A stretch of DNA of 63,318 nt, counting the filler, from Reclinomonas americana ATCC 50394 (Eukaryota): the NCBI GenBank assembly GCA_048213135.1. It is 8 parts of 4 records of this genome, joined end to end, with 100 filler letters (N's around TTAATTAATTAA, not from the genome) between each part and the next. Parts side by side here need not be neighbours in the genome. Positions count along the whole stretch, not along the records: positions 49,702 to 59,530 come from PS015333.1; positions 59,631 to 61,472 come from PS015336.1; positions 61,573 to 63,318 come from PS015337.1; 5 more parts are not named here. One strand, given 5' to 3'. Each line of letters starts with the position of its first letter. The stretch's first letter is position 1. The position numbers were made by a program, and so were the translations under genes. This document shows, one piece after another, positions 51,000-63,302 of this stretch. Under the pieces are notes generated by a model, which worked only from the letters and a program-made list of their open reading frames with translations, was not told the origin of the DNA and did not search any database.

Positions 51000-51723
51000 T
51001 TTCAACAACAATTTCATTCACTAATGAACAAGCAACGGCTGTCTTGATGACCAAGTCCAACCATATCCAATACATCAACACAAACACCAATCTTGAGGCA
51101 GCAGAAGGTTCCTTGTGTGTGGAGCTCCGGATCCGAACAAGTTGAGAACCGCGACCTTCACCGCATTATGTGCATGTTTGGATATGGTTGGACTTGGTCA
51201 TCAAGACAGCTGTCGGTTGCTTGTTTGTTGCTGGAGGTGGTCTTGTTCGATCGCGACATATCGCCGTCGATATCGGTATCGCCGCGTCTGTGATATCAAT
51301 GTCGAGGATCTTGGCATTCGTAAACAGCGAAATGATCCAAGCAGCATTCACAGCTACAGGATGATCACCCTTCAAGTGAGCGCCAAGAAATTGAGAGACA
51401 TCACGAATACAGCCCGAGAGACGTCGCAGGCGTTTCTGCAAGAAACCACGATTTGCTCTGTGGCGGACTCCCTGTATTACCACCCTCACCGCCGCTGCCA
51501 GCGCCGCTGCTGTTGAAAGCAGTCCCACACGACCATAATCCACTGGTCAACCACGCTTATGCGGTGAAGATCGCAGTTCTCGACTTGTTCGGAGCTCCGA
51601 GAGCGAACACACACACAAGGAACCTGCTGCTGCCCGTCTGTGTTGATGTTTTGGATACGGTTGAATTTGGTCATCAAGACAGCTGTTGCCTGTTTGTTGG
51701 TGAATGAATTGTTGTTGCTGAAA
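51000..51723. repeat. Imperfect ~165-bp inverted repeat (51000-51166 vs 51559-51723) plus a third, partial inverted copy (~51175-51230)
   Basis: ggctgtcttgatgaccaagtccaaccatatccaa...aggttccttgtgtgt...ccgaacaagttgagaaccgcgaccttcaccgcat recurs as its reverse complement. Confidence 0.85.
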
Positions 51724-52540
51724 TCTGTCGGCGCCCTGATGCACGCGCACAGCGGACAACAACAACGATTCCGGAGCGCTGTGTACCTGTGTGCCACTGG
51801 AAGAATGTCGAATACGAAGATTCCCTCGAGCTGCTGCTCCCCCCATGCACGTGGCACCCGAGCTTCCTCCCTCCTCACACACACACACACGGAAAGATCC
51901 CGTAACAAGGAATATTGGAATCTGCACTTACACAAATCTTCCCTCGCTGCGCTGATGGTGGCGCGCTGCGGCTGCGCATCCACGCGTACACCGCTGACCG
52001 CGCACTGCGAGTCGTTCTGAGAGTCAGGTGCCCGGCCGTCGTCCACGCATCGAACATGATGGATATTTTGATTACTTTTTAAATTTTTCTCAAACTCCGC
52101 CCGGCACACTGCAGCACTGCGACACAGCTCAGTCGCCGCTGCATCCTCACCACCGCAACCCTTGGAAGCTGCATCTTGATACCGACGACGTGCACTGGAA
52201 TCCACGGGCGGCGGTGCGTGCACGAGAGCGGGAAAACTGACGCGACATCTGTGGTGCCAGCAGTTCGTTTGCGATTGCATGCACCCAGGCGCTGCCGACC
52301 TCCCTCACCACCACCACCACCACCACCCTCACCCCCTTCACATTCCCTACACGAGGATCTCTCCCGCCACCTCAGCCGCATTCCACGTGCAACAAAAAAG
52401 AAACCTCGACACCGGAGATGCGATTCCGATTCACATCTCCGGCGATTTTCTCTCTTTTTTCCCACGATCACATGCTGAGCGAAGGCTTTCCACCTCTGCC
52501 ACCATCCTTTTCCTACACTACCCACGGCAACAGCACCCAT

Positions 52541-54555
52541 ATGGACGCAGTGATGATGATGAGCAGCAGCAGCAGCGCCTCCGCTGCCTCAAGTACTGCT
52601 GCACCGCCAACACCTCTGACGACTGGTGCACTCGCCACTGCTGCACCACCGCGCAACCGCAAGCGCCTTGCGCGCCCCACTGATGATGATGACGACGACG
52701 ATGACGATGCCGACTATGAAGTAGGCATGGACGAGGAGGAGGAGGAAGACGACGAGGAGGAAGAAGAAGAGAGAAAAAAGACAATACTCTCGTCCACTCC
52801 TCCTCCGCTCAAACGCGCGCACACCATGGCCGCGCCTTCCTCGCATCATCTTCATCATGTGGCGTTGCCGGTGCTTGATCGCAGCACTATTCCTCAGGAG
52901 AAGCTGGCGTTGCGTCTCTCTTTATATATTGACTACTGTCACAGTCGCGCTGATTTTTGCGCGCGCATGTGTGTTCCGTTGAATGTCGAGAGTGTGAGAG
53001 GCACTTGTTTGATTTCCCTTTTCACCTTGTTGCGCGCTGTCTGTGTTCTCTGTGCACACTTCTTCGTCGTCCTCCATCACGCTCGGTGTGTGTATCAGTG
53101 TCGAGAGAGAATGATGCCGGGAATCCATGAGGTGTTCGAATCTCCCGTGTCGAGACCTCCTTTCCCCTTTCTCTGTCTCTCTGTTGTCTCTCCAGTGTAT
53201 GTGGCGCGCAGTGTTTCCATCGTGTCTATCTGTCTCTGTGTGTGTGTGTGTGTGTGTGTGTTTGTGTGCGAGGATTGTTTGTGTGGTAGCTTTTCAAGCT
53301 TCTCACACACAAGTGTCGCACAACAGAATCGTGGCTGAATTGCGGAAAAAGCGGCGGTTTGTCTGGAGCGATGAACTGCACCAGAGGTTCTTGGAGGCGC
53401 TGGCGCTGCTCGAGCCGGACGATGGTGTGTATCGTCTGCACGTATTACGGTGTTCGTCGTGCGCGTGTTTTTTTTCCTCACATTGGGCCGGCGCAGTGGG
53501 ACCCAAGAACATCCACGCGCTGATGGCCGACGTGCCCGATCTTACCACCGATCACGTCAAGTCGGTGAGTTTTTCTCTCGAATATCGTGCTTGTGCTTGC
53601 GGTATGCTCACGTGCGTATTGAATACAGCACTTGCAAAAATTCCGCCAGTCGGTGCGTCGCCAGCAACAGCACCCGACATCGGGTTCTGCGGCGGCGGCA
53701 GTGGCGGCAGCAGCAGCAGCCGCCTCCTCCATGTCGCTGTCACGGCAACCGCGGTTGCAGGCGGAGCTCAAGTCCGTCGTGCGCAGCATGTTGCCCACGT
53801 CGGCTTCTCTGCCGTCGCTGAGTGACATGGGCAGCGCTCGCTCGCCGCTGCTCTCCCGTTCTGCACCACTCGAGTCATCTCCACTCGCCAAGGGTCTGGC
53901 CCTCCCGCCGCACGCTCTTCTCCCTCCTCCTGCCTCTTCTTCTTCCGCCGCGGCGGCGGCAGCAGCAGCAGCAGCAGCCGCAGCAGGCACGGCGACTCCC
54001 ATGTTGCAGGCCTCCGACTTGTCGCCGAGCCGATTGCCGAATCACCCGTCGGGTGCTTCGTGGGACGAGGGCTCCTGCTCCATGTCGACATCGTCGTCGT
54101 CGTCGGCACTGGACGTGTTGAGTGAGATCGCCACGCAGCTGGACCAGCAGAGCGCAGTCGTCGAGGCCGCCGCACCTCCATCGGCACAGTCGATGCTGTG
54201 CGCCAGCGGCGGTGGCGTGTCGTCGAGCGTGTCGCGCCAGAACAACACTGGCAGCCACGGACGCGCCGGCCACTACGATCCCGACTCGGCCCGCAACACG
54301 CCATCGCGCCCCGCCCCGTCACCGACGATTGTCGCTCCGTCACCGCATGCCATGCGTGCCGTGTCACCGTCACCAGCCGTGCCGTCGCTGCCAGCCGCTC
54401 TGTTTGAGTCGTGGGAATTGTCGACGGCCCTCGGCTGCCTCAGCAACACACAACTCACGTTGCCGGCGGGCTTTGATCGTTTCGTCAGTCTGTTTTCTAT
54501 TCATGCATACCCACCCAATTATACTCACCTGTCATCGCAAACGCGCAGAGAGTAA
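52541..54555 (+). CDS. GARP/SHAQKYF-class MYB-like transcription factor
   Basis: KKRRFVWSDELHQRFLEALALL...|VGPKNIHALMADVPDLTTDHVKS|HLQKFR; acidic N-terminus and Ser/Ala-rich C-terminus. Confidence 0.9.
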
Positions 54556-55375
54556 CCCGTTCTCGTGGCTTGCTCTTGGGTTCCAGCTCGGCCGCAACTC
54601 GTCATGANNNNNNNNNNNNNNNNNNNNTGCGACGTGCATGTGTGCGCACGTGCCACGCACTCGGCGCCTGCGCCGTACGTTTGTGGCAACCCTCGAAAAA
54701 ATGCGACGCAGCAGCATGTCTGTTGCGGATAGCGGGTGGGTGCATACATCATGCACCTACAGAGGGGGAGGCGGCGCGTGCGTGCACGCCCGCACGTCAG
54801 TCATTGTGACTTTCTCTTTTTTTAATCTGCGTCTTCACACTGTTCTCTCGTCTTTTTTTCGCACGGAACTGTGTCTTTGGAATGTTTGTGTGGTGTGTGG
54901 CGCTCGCTCTGGTTGTACCCGGGCGATGCTTGAAAAATAGTGGTGTTGAGATTGTTTGTGTTGTAGCTGTTACTCTTTGTGTTGGTCTACGCNNNNNNNN
55001 NNNNNNNNNNNNNNNNNNNNNNNNNNNNNNNNNNNNNNNNNNNNNNNNNNNNNNNNNNNNNNNNNNNNNNNNNNNNNNNNNNNNNNNNNNNNNNNNNNNN
55101 NNNNNNNNGTTGTCGTTGTCGTTGATGGTGGTGGGGAGAGAGGCAGGAGGAGATAAAGAGGGGAATGTGATGAAGAGGCGTGCAATAGCCGTGTGGTTTG
55201 CGCGCCCACTTCGCATCAGTGCTCTTCTTCTTCTTTTTCCTGTCTCTTTATGTTCTCTTTGTTTGGGTGTTGGAGTAGGAGGTGGTGGTGGTGGTGGCAA
55301 GAGGCGAAATGTGACGCAATGTACCAGTCGTCGCTTGCTCTGTTGTGCAACAACATTCTAGTCGCGCCGTTTTCT

Positions 55376-56477
55376 TCATTCTAATTCCGTCACATTGCTG
55401 GGCGTCGCGGGTGAGCCGTGCGGTACCACGCGCAGCACGAGTGTGGTGTCGGCCAGCGCAAACCGCGTATGATCAAAAATCTGACGAATGGTGCTCGAGT
55501 TGCGCACATGCACCCAGTCGTCGGTGCTGCCCTGGCACTCAAAGTACACATCGACGACCTCCGGGCTGGAGTAGCGCGGATTCGTCTCGTCGTCCCACGG
55601 TGGCGGCAGCACGTGCTCCAACAGCTCACCCACGGCGTTCGACTCGAGGACCTCGCTCAAGAAATCCGACTGCTGGTGCTCCGGATACAACAGCACGCAC
55701 GGCACGCACAGTTCGCCCGTCTCCGCATCCTCACTCGGCAGTCTCACGCCTCCAAACTCGCCCCACTGCGCCGAGTCGATCTGCGGCGCACCACGGCGCA
55801 CTCGGTGCCTGGCGAGCATTCCACCCAGACCAGAGGCCTCGGCACGCTCGCGCTGCAGACGCTCCACTTCGCGCTTGGCGGCCTCCTCCTGCGCCCGGTG
55901 AATCTGCGCCGACAGCTCCAACAGCGAGCGATTGGTGGCCTCCTCGGCCAACCCGAGCTCGCACTGCCGCAGCGCCTTTGGGAACTTGCGCACCATGAAG
56001 CACGCCTTGGCCGCGCGATAACGTGCCTGTGCGCCTCTCCGGCGATCAGCATCCTAATCTCACTCTTCTTCACGCTTTTTCCGCATCAGTCACCTTGACA
56101 TTGCGACCTCCGCACAGCTGAATGCACCTCTTTGCATCGGCGTAGGCATGGCCGTAGTTGTGGAGCTGCAACTGCGCCTGCGAGCGATTGTTGTGCAGCG
56201 TCGCACGCAGCTCATCACTGATGCCTTCCACGTCCAGTCCACGCGTGTAAAACGTGACCGCATCATGCAGCAATCGTCGACACAGCTCTGGTGTTACGTC
56301 GGACTTGCCCGAGTCACGGAGCAACTCGTTGCCTTGGTTCTTGAAGTTGGTGCTGATCTCCTCCGGTGGACCCTCATACGCAATCGCCTGCAGAGCCTCC
56401 AGTTCCGGCACCTGTGTCACATCCTCGGGGAGCTCCTGCTTGCGTGCGTGAGAAAAAGAAAGAAGAATGGAGAGCAC

Positions 56478-56511
<34 letters not shown>

Positions 56512-56627
56512 GCCTTCATGAAGAGTGGCATTTGATCAATCTCGTCAATGGTGCGCGGTGTCCATCCGGGTGGTCGGAACGAGTCCACATCCAGCGCATC
56601 CCACGAGTCACTGTCTTCCTCGCCCAT
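55376..56627 (-). CDS. TTC4: TPR co-chaperone TTC4/Cns1
   Basis: MPLFMK..ELEALQAIAYEGPPEEISTNFKNQGNE, NNRSQAQLQLHNYG, NVK|ARYRAAKA and the wheel-domain segment PCVLLYPEHQQSDFL. Confidence 0.9.
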
Positions 56628-56850
56628 CTCTTCTCCCTCTCACCTCGTCTCTTCTCTCACTTCGTTGAGGATGTGGACGATTGCGTGACACATGACAAAA
56701 CAAGAAGCTTCACTCGAAACAAAAATGGTACACAGCAACGTTAACAAAAGGGCAACAACAGAAAGGGGCGCTGGAAAAACAAAGCAAAACAGCCGGCAGA
56801 GAAAAAACACGAGGTCAAGACGACGCTGGTCGTCGCGCTCAGAAGTCGCT

Positions 56851-59530
56851 TCAAGCGCAGCTGAAGGTCACATCGAGCACGCGCATGCCAATGCACTGCG
56901 TCTCAAAGTCGCTGAGCTCCGTGATGCACTCGTTCAGCGACTTGCAGTGCGACGACACGTCGGCGGTGTGGTCCAGAATGGCCGTGCAGCTGCTCGGGTC
57001 GGTGGCCGAAGGGCTGGGGCAGCCGTCGGCCTGGTTCGCCGGGCGACCAAGCGCGTTCGAGACGCTCACAGTCTGGCCCGCCGGGCACCGGATGTTGGCC
57101 GAGTAGAAGCCACCGCAGGTGCGGCTCGTCATGGCTGTGGGTACAGCGGTTAGCAGCAGAAACGGTATGCGACAACAGCAGGAGGTACGCGAGACGCAAC
57201 AAGACGGGGCGGGGGTGGACGACGACGACGACGAGCTAGAAGTGCTGCTGGAGCTGGAGCTGGCGGTCGAGTCAGTGTTGCTCGGGGCGGTGGGGGCGGT
57301 GGTGGTGGTGGTGCTGCCGCTCGACGAGGAGCTCGACGAGGAGCTCGACGAGGACGACGAGGACGACGACGACGAGGTGTTGCTAGAAGCAGCACCAGTG
57401 CTCTGGCTCAGGTCCAGGGAGGCACCGGCCGGGGCGCAGGCGTACTGCACCTCGAGCACGCGGCTCGTGAGGCAAGTCGAGGCAAACTCGTAGTCAAGAG
57501 CCGACTGCATGCAGTTGGTCTTGCCATTGCACACCAGTGCCACCGTCGGCGTCACGTTCGTCACGTACTGGCAGTCCGAGGTCGCCGCAGGGCAGCCGTC
57601 AGCTGTTGTTGGGAGGTTCACGTGAGCTTAAATGAATCTTAAGCAGGGGAAAGACACGAGATGTGGACGCAACATTGGCTGGCACCGCGGAGCACAGCCG
57701 AGAGGACTGTGGCCACCTCGCCGGCGTTGTGGCACACCACCGACACCGTGAAGTCACCGCACGCGCGCACCGTGTCAATGGTCGACGGCACAGCCACACT
57801 CGGCGCCGGTGTGCTGCTGGTCGAGCCGCTGCTGCTGCTGCTGCTGCTGCTGCCAGAAGCGGGGGCAGTCGAGCCCGACGATGACGATGACGACGACGAC
57901 GACGACGACGACGAGCTGCTGCTGCTCGACGACGAAGACGACGAAGACGACGAGTCAGCGGGGGCCGACGACGAGGGCGACTCAGCAGCCGTGGAGCTGC
58001 CAGTGTCGGCGGTCGGGCCGTCAGACACGCTGTTCGACGCCGGAGCCACAGTGCAGTCAAACTGTGTTTTGTCGTGAATGTCAGCCACACATAGGGCGAG
58101 AGCAGTACAAAAAAATAAGGCCCCAACGCAACGTTGACTTCCACCGAGCGCTGCGCCGTGCACGAGTCCGGAGCCTCGTAGTTGTTCCAGTTGAAGATGC
58201 AAGCCGTCTGCTGGCCGTTGCACAGGGTTCGGATCGGTGTGGTGATGTTGTTCACGCTCGTGCACGGCGACACAGCAATGACGTTGTTGCAGCCGTCGGC
58301 CTGCGTTGAGCCGCGGATCACAGCCGAGTTCACCTTGACGTACAGGTTGTTCGGGCACAACAGGCCAGTGATGATGCCGGAGCAACCGCGCGCCACCAGG
58401 CCAAGAATCGCACTGCCACTCGGGTTCGGTGGCGGGCCTGGCGGCGGGTTCGGGTTGGGGAACGGGTTCGGCACCGGCACCACCGTCGGCTGGCACGTGT
58501 ACACAATGTACAGCGCACGCGAGTTCGAGCACATGCTCGGCGCCTCGACGTTGGCCACCGACTGCGGGCACGTAGTCAGCCCGTTGCACTGGGCAGCCAC
58601 CTGGTTGTACACGTTGTTCACTGCCAGGCATCCAGCTCCAGCCGCCGGGCAAGCATCGGCTGCATAGTTTGTTGACAGTGAGGAAACGAGTGTGTAAAGC
58701 ACACATCATCGTGGAAAACAACGCACCAGCAGTCGAGCCGCGGACATCAGCCGCGAAAATGGTAATCACACCGGCGCTGCAAGTCGGCTGCGCAGTTCCG
58801 CTGCCGCAAGTCCTGCAAAACAGAGAAGCGATGAGTTCCCACGATGCACTCGGAAAAAATGTGCATGCACAGTAACGCACTTGGCCAAGTAGATGCCGTT
58901 CGGTGGGACCGGTGGCGGCGGCACTGGGTTGGTCGAACCGCAAATGTACTGCGCGGGATGGAGAAAAAAATGTCAGCAACCCAATCCTCTCATCCCACGA
59001 TTTCATCGATCNNNNNNNNNNNNNNNNNNNNGACGCAACGTAGACCACAAGAGTGCGGTTGGCCGTGCACTGCTGGTTGGCCTCGAGCGACGACAGCGAC
59101 AGCGAGCACGTCTGCTTCTGGTTGCACAGCGGCGACGCCTGCAGCAGGTAGTAGTTGACATTGTCGCACGTGTAGCGAGGGCCTGGGAACGGGCCTGGGA
59201 ACGGACCCGGCGGGAACGGGCCAGGCAGACCAGGAGTCGGCGGCAGGGGATCGGTGGGAGCCAGCGGCGGCACCTGGCAAGTGCCATTGGTGTCGGTGGA
59301 CAGCGTGCGGCGGGAGAAGGCGTTGATGATCGTCAGCTGCGAGTTGGCCGGGCACGAGAGGTTGAGCGGAGCCGAGGCGCAAGCGCTGGCCACCGACACA
59401 CCAAACGGTGGCTGCGGCCACACACCCGGCGGCTGCGGCGGCTTCGGCAGCACCGGCTTGAAGTCGCAGAAGTAGTCGACCTCGAGCACGCGGAAGTTGG
59501 CGCACTCGGCCGAGTCGAAAATCGCCGACG
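56851..59530 (-). CDS. Multi-domain SUEL/rhamnose-galactose lectin-like protein with Ser- and Pro-rich linkers (5' truncated)
   Basis: At least 5 complete Cys-patterned domains plus one partial (C....L.CP....I..A..R...C...C...CN....C....C...R.L.V.Y.C), separated by poly-Ser and Pro-rich tracts. Confidence 0.7.
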
Positions 59531-59630
59531 NNNNNNNNNNNNNNNNNNNNNNNNNNNNNNNNNNNNNNNNNNNNTTAATTAATTAANNNNNNNNNNNNNN
59601 NNNNNNNNNNNNNNNNNNNNNNNNNNNNNN

Positions 59631-61381
59631 CAACACGTCGAGGTCCTCGAGGAGCGGCAGCTTGCGCTCGACCAAGTAGTTTTCGATCTTGGCCCGGTTC
59701 TCCAACTCTGCAAACACGTCACCAAATCTCGTGTGCCACATGCTCGTCGTTACTGTGAAGAAAAACTCACCACTGGCGAGACTCGGCGTCAACGACTGGG
59801 CGAGGTCGTCGGCCGTCCGTGTGGAGTACAAGCTGCTGAGGCTCTTGCGCGATGTAGACATGGCCGAGGTCGGTCGGGCATCCACGGACGCTGCGGTCGA
59901 CAGCCGGCCAAGCATGTCCAGTGTTGGCGGCAGCACTGCAGAAGAAGACGAGCGGGGGGCCGCGCTGGGAGGACGAGAACCGCCACTGATGCTGCCGTCG
60001 TCGTCCTCATCGTCGTCGTCTGCAAGCAGTACGATACCACCGTCACTCTCCGGCACCTCACGGCGGTACCGCTTGTACAGTTCCTGATCGCTGGTGGTCG
60101 TGTGTGAGGAGTAGGAGGAGAGGCACGACGACAGAGAGAGAGACAACGGCGAGGACGACGCAACACCGTGGCTCCACAGTACATGCGTTCCTCTTTGCTG
60201 ACCTCCACCTCGTCCAGCGACAGCAGCTGCGTGAAGGAGCGCACCAGTGTTTCTCGATAGTTTGGCAAGCTCGTCACCGGATTGTTGTGCATCATCAGGT
60301 AGTGCAAGTTGCTCGGCATCTGATCCGTCTCCACCTCCTCGATGCGATTGTACGACAGATCCAACACACGCAGCGTGTCCATGGAGAAAATGCCCTCCAC
60401 TCGCTCAATCTCGTTGTGCGACAGATCCAAGAAGCGCAGATTGTACAGCAGCTCCAGGTTCTCGATCCTGCGAATGCAATTCTGCAGCGGACACTCGTGG
60501 GTCAACGATCGACTGCAGATACGGCGGCGACGACGACGACAACGCACGTGCTGCAGGTACAAGTTGGTGCACTCGGAGAAGCACTCGAGATTGTCAATGG
60601 CACGGATACGTCGACCATCGAGACGAATGTGCGTGATGCGGATCGACTGCTCCACCAGATCCAACTCCTCCGGTCGCTCCCCGTCGGTGGACAGTGGAAA
60701 GCTCGTCTCAATCACCAACGAGGGCGTAATGGTGGTGTACGACGACCCCAGCACTCCCGACGACGCCACACGCTGCAAATCCGGTCGCTCAGAGACGATA
60801 TCTTCACAAGCAGTGAGCGGTACAGTGAAGAGAGCACAGAGGTGCGTGCACAGACACACACACCAGCGTACAGCTCATCCGCCTGCTTCTCCATCAGAAC
60901 CTGCTGACGAGCGGCCCAGGCATCGTCGTCTTGCAATCGTGACATGCTGTCCTTCATGGCTGCGCAGACGAGATAAGTGAGAAAGAAAAAGTGGCAAGAG
61001 AGTGGAGCAGCACGCGTACCATTCGCCACCAGTTCGTCCACCTCACCACTCAACGCAGTCGCTGTGACGAGTGAGCGCGCGCGCTTGAGACAACTGATTG
61101 TGAGAGACAACTGACTGACCACGATCATCCTCTTCTTCCTCATCATCATCGCCTTCACGCGCAGGCCTCAGTGATAGCTTTGGCATGCCCAGACTGGTCG
61201 CTGTGACCGAGGAAACACCCACAATCAGTGCGTCATCGGCTTCCTCGCGTCGTTCCTCGATTTCGCGCGCTGCTCTCTTCACATCGCGGGTGGCCGGGCC
61301 CAGGCGGCGACCAGCACTGCCTGGTCGTGCCTTCTTGCCTCCACTGGTGGTGGAGGAGGCAATGGGAGGGCGACTGCTCAT
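59631..61381 (-). CDS. LRRC46: SDS22-type leucine-rich repeat protein, LRRC46-like (3' truncated)
   Basis: IRLDGRRIRAIDNLE..CTNLYLQH|NCIRRIENLELLYNLRFLDLSHNEIERVE..LRVLDLSYNRIE..MPSNLHYL..NNP..YR..L..LD. Confidence 0.6.
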
Positions 61382-61572
61382 TGCTCTGTCTCTCTTATGT
61401 GGATGACGATGATGCAACGGACAGGGGACAGAATGTGTACAACAAACAAAACACTTCATCGTTTCTTTCTTANNNNNNNNNNNNNNNNNNNNNNNNNNNN
61501 NNNNNNNNNNNNNNNNTTAATTAATTAANNNNNNNNNNNNNNNNNNNNNNNNNNNNNNNNNNNNNNNNNNNN

Positions 61573-63217
61573 GGGGGTGGTGGCTGGAGTGCCGACGAAT
61601 ACTTGTTCTTCGATGCCGCACTCGTCGTAGCCGCGGAGGATGCGGAAGTAGCCGGATTCGCCCCAGTCCGTGCCCCAGCTGTGAGCGCGAAGGTGAGAAG
61701 GCGAGAGAGAGAGGGAGGAGGAGGGGAGGGAGGGAGAGAGGGTGGCAGAGAGAGGGAGGATGGGAGAGCGTGTTACTTGCCTGTTTGCTACGATCCAGTA
61801 GCCCACCGAGTGGCTTGTGCCCCAGCCGACGATCTGGAGGTGGGAAGGTGGTAACGGGTGAGAGGGGGAAGGGTGAGAGGGGGAAGGGGGAAGGGGAAAA
61901 GGGGAAGGAAAAGGGGAAGGACAAGGGGGAAGGAGAAGGGGAAGGAGGGGGAAAGAGGGAGAAAGAGGCAGCAAAGGAGGAAAGGAGGAATGAGAGCGAA
62001 AGAGAGCAGAGAGGGAGAGGGAGGGAGAATGAGGAAGACGGGAAGGGGGAAGGGCAGAGACGAGAGGAAACGACACAACCTGCGGCCAACTCGGCTTGCT
62101 GACGTTGTTAAAACAGGATATAAAAGGATGGATTGTGCGAAGGATGCACAGCAGTGTTCAGCACGTGAGAGAGAAGGCAAACAAGAGAAATGGCAAAGAG
62201 AAGCAAGCCACAAGATCGGGTTTGCTCTCACTGGGCAAATGAAGAGTCCACCGGTTGCACAAGAATGATACAAGGAGACATATTTGCTCTCATGGCCACA
62301 AGAGGTTCGACAGGACGCGATGATCGACATGGCTGAATTCTCAGATCGTCCCTGCCAGCCACCCAACATACCTTCACAGAATGATCACCAGTGTACGATC
62401 CATCGTAGTGGGTGTAGATGCCGGAGGCGTACGAGAAAAAGTCGCCAAACACTGCACAGGGGAAGGAGGTGGGCGAAACAGCAACACGCAGGCGATCCAC
62501 GCGTGCACTGACCCGACATGACCGCCGACAGGGGTCCTTCCGTGAAGAGGTCAGCTGTGGGAGACAAGTAAGCGTGTGCCGCGTAGGCGCAGCGAAGTCA
62601 CCACGTACGCAACTGCGCATGGTGGTCTCGTCGCCCAGGTGCGCAAGGGAGTTCGTGGAGGAGTAGAAGCGCTTTGTCGAGTCCTTGCAATCCTGTGTCA
62701 GGAGAACCGACTGTCAGCTGCCACTCCCCTGGAAGCAGCTCTGCACGCACAAACATGGACACGAACCGAAGGCTCAGAGCTGCAGGTCGGAGCGATGCCG
62801 TTGTGCGACGTGTAGGGGAAGCACTCGGAGGTCGGCACCCCGTGCTTTTCGAGATACTGCGTCACGACAGCCGCACATGAGCCGATGGAATGCAACTGCG
62901 GCACAAGTCGGTGGACGCAACTCTCCAGGCGCGATCCAGGAAACCACCGCTGCAGCCTGTGATGTGAAAGCATGGTGTAAATAGCACGCCAAAATTGAGA
63001 GGAAGAGGGAATTGAGTGCGAACCCATGTCGGCCGTGTCACAGCTGACCATGTCTTGCACGCTCAGTGGCAGCTGCACACATGAGTAAGGCACTTGACCA
63101 CTTGCAGCAAGAACGCGACAGGTTGTCGATACACACCACGGATGAATTGCCGCCATTGGCGATGCAGAGACGCTCGCTGAACGATTGCACGGCAGCGAAT
63201 GCCCAGGAGGAGCCGCA
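61573..63217 (-). CDS. Cathepsin B-like (papain family C1A) protein with catalytic Cys replaced by Ser; 5' end outside the window
   Basis: CGSSWAF..SFSERLCI, LSVQDMVSCD..|GCSGG, ECFPY, GP, DFFSYASGIY, HSVK|IVGWG, YWIVAN|SWGTDWGESGYFRILRG.DECGIE. Confidence 0.9.
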
Positions 63218-63254
63218 CTGCGAGGAAAGGGAGATGAAAAGGACAAGAAGAATC

Positions 63255-63302
<48 letters not shown>

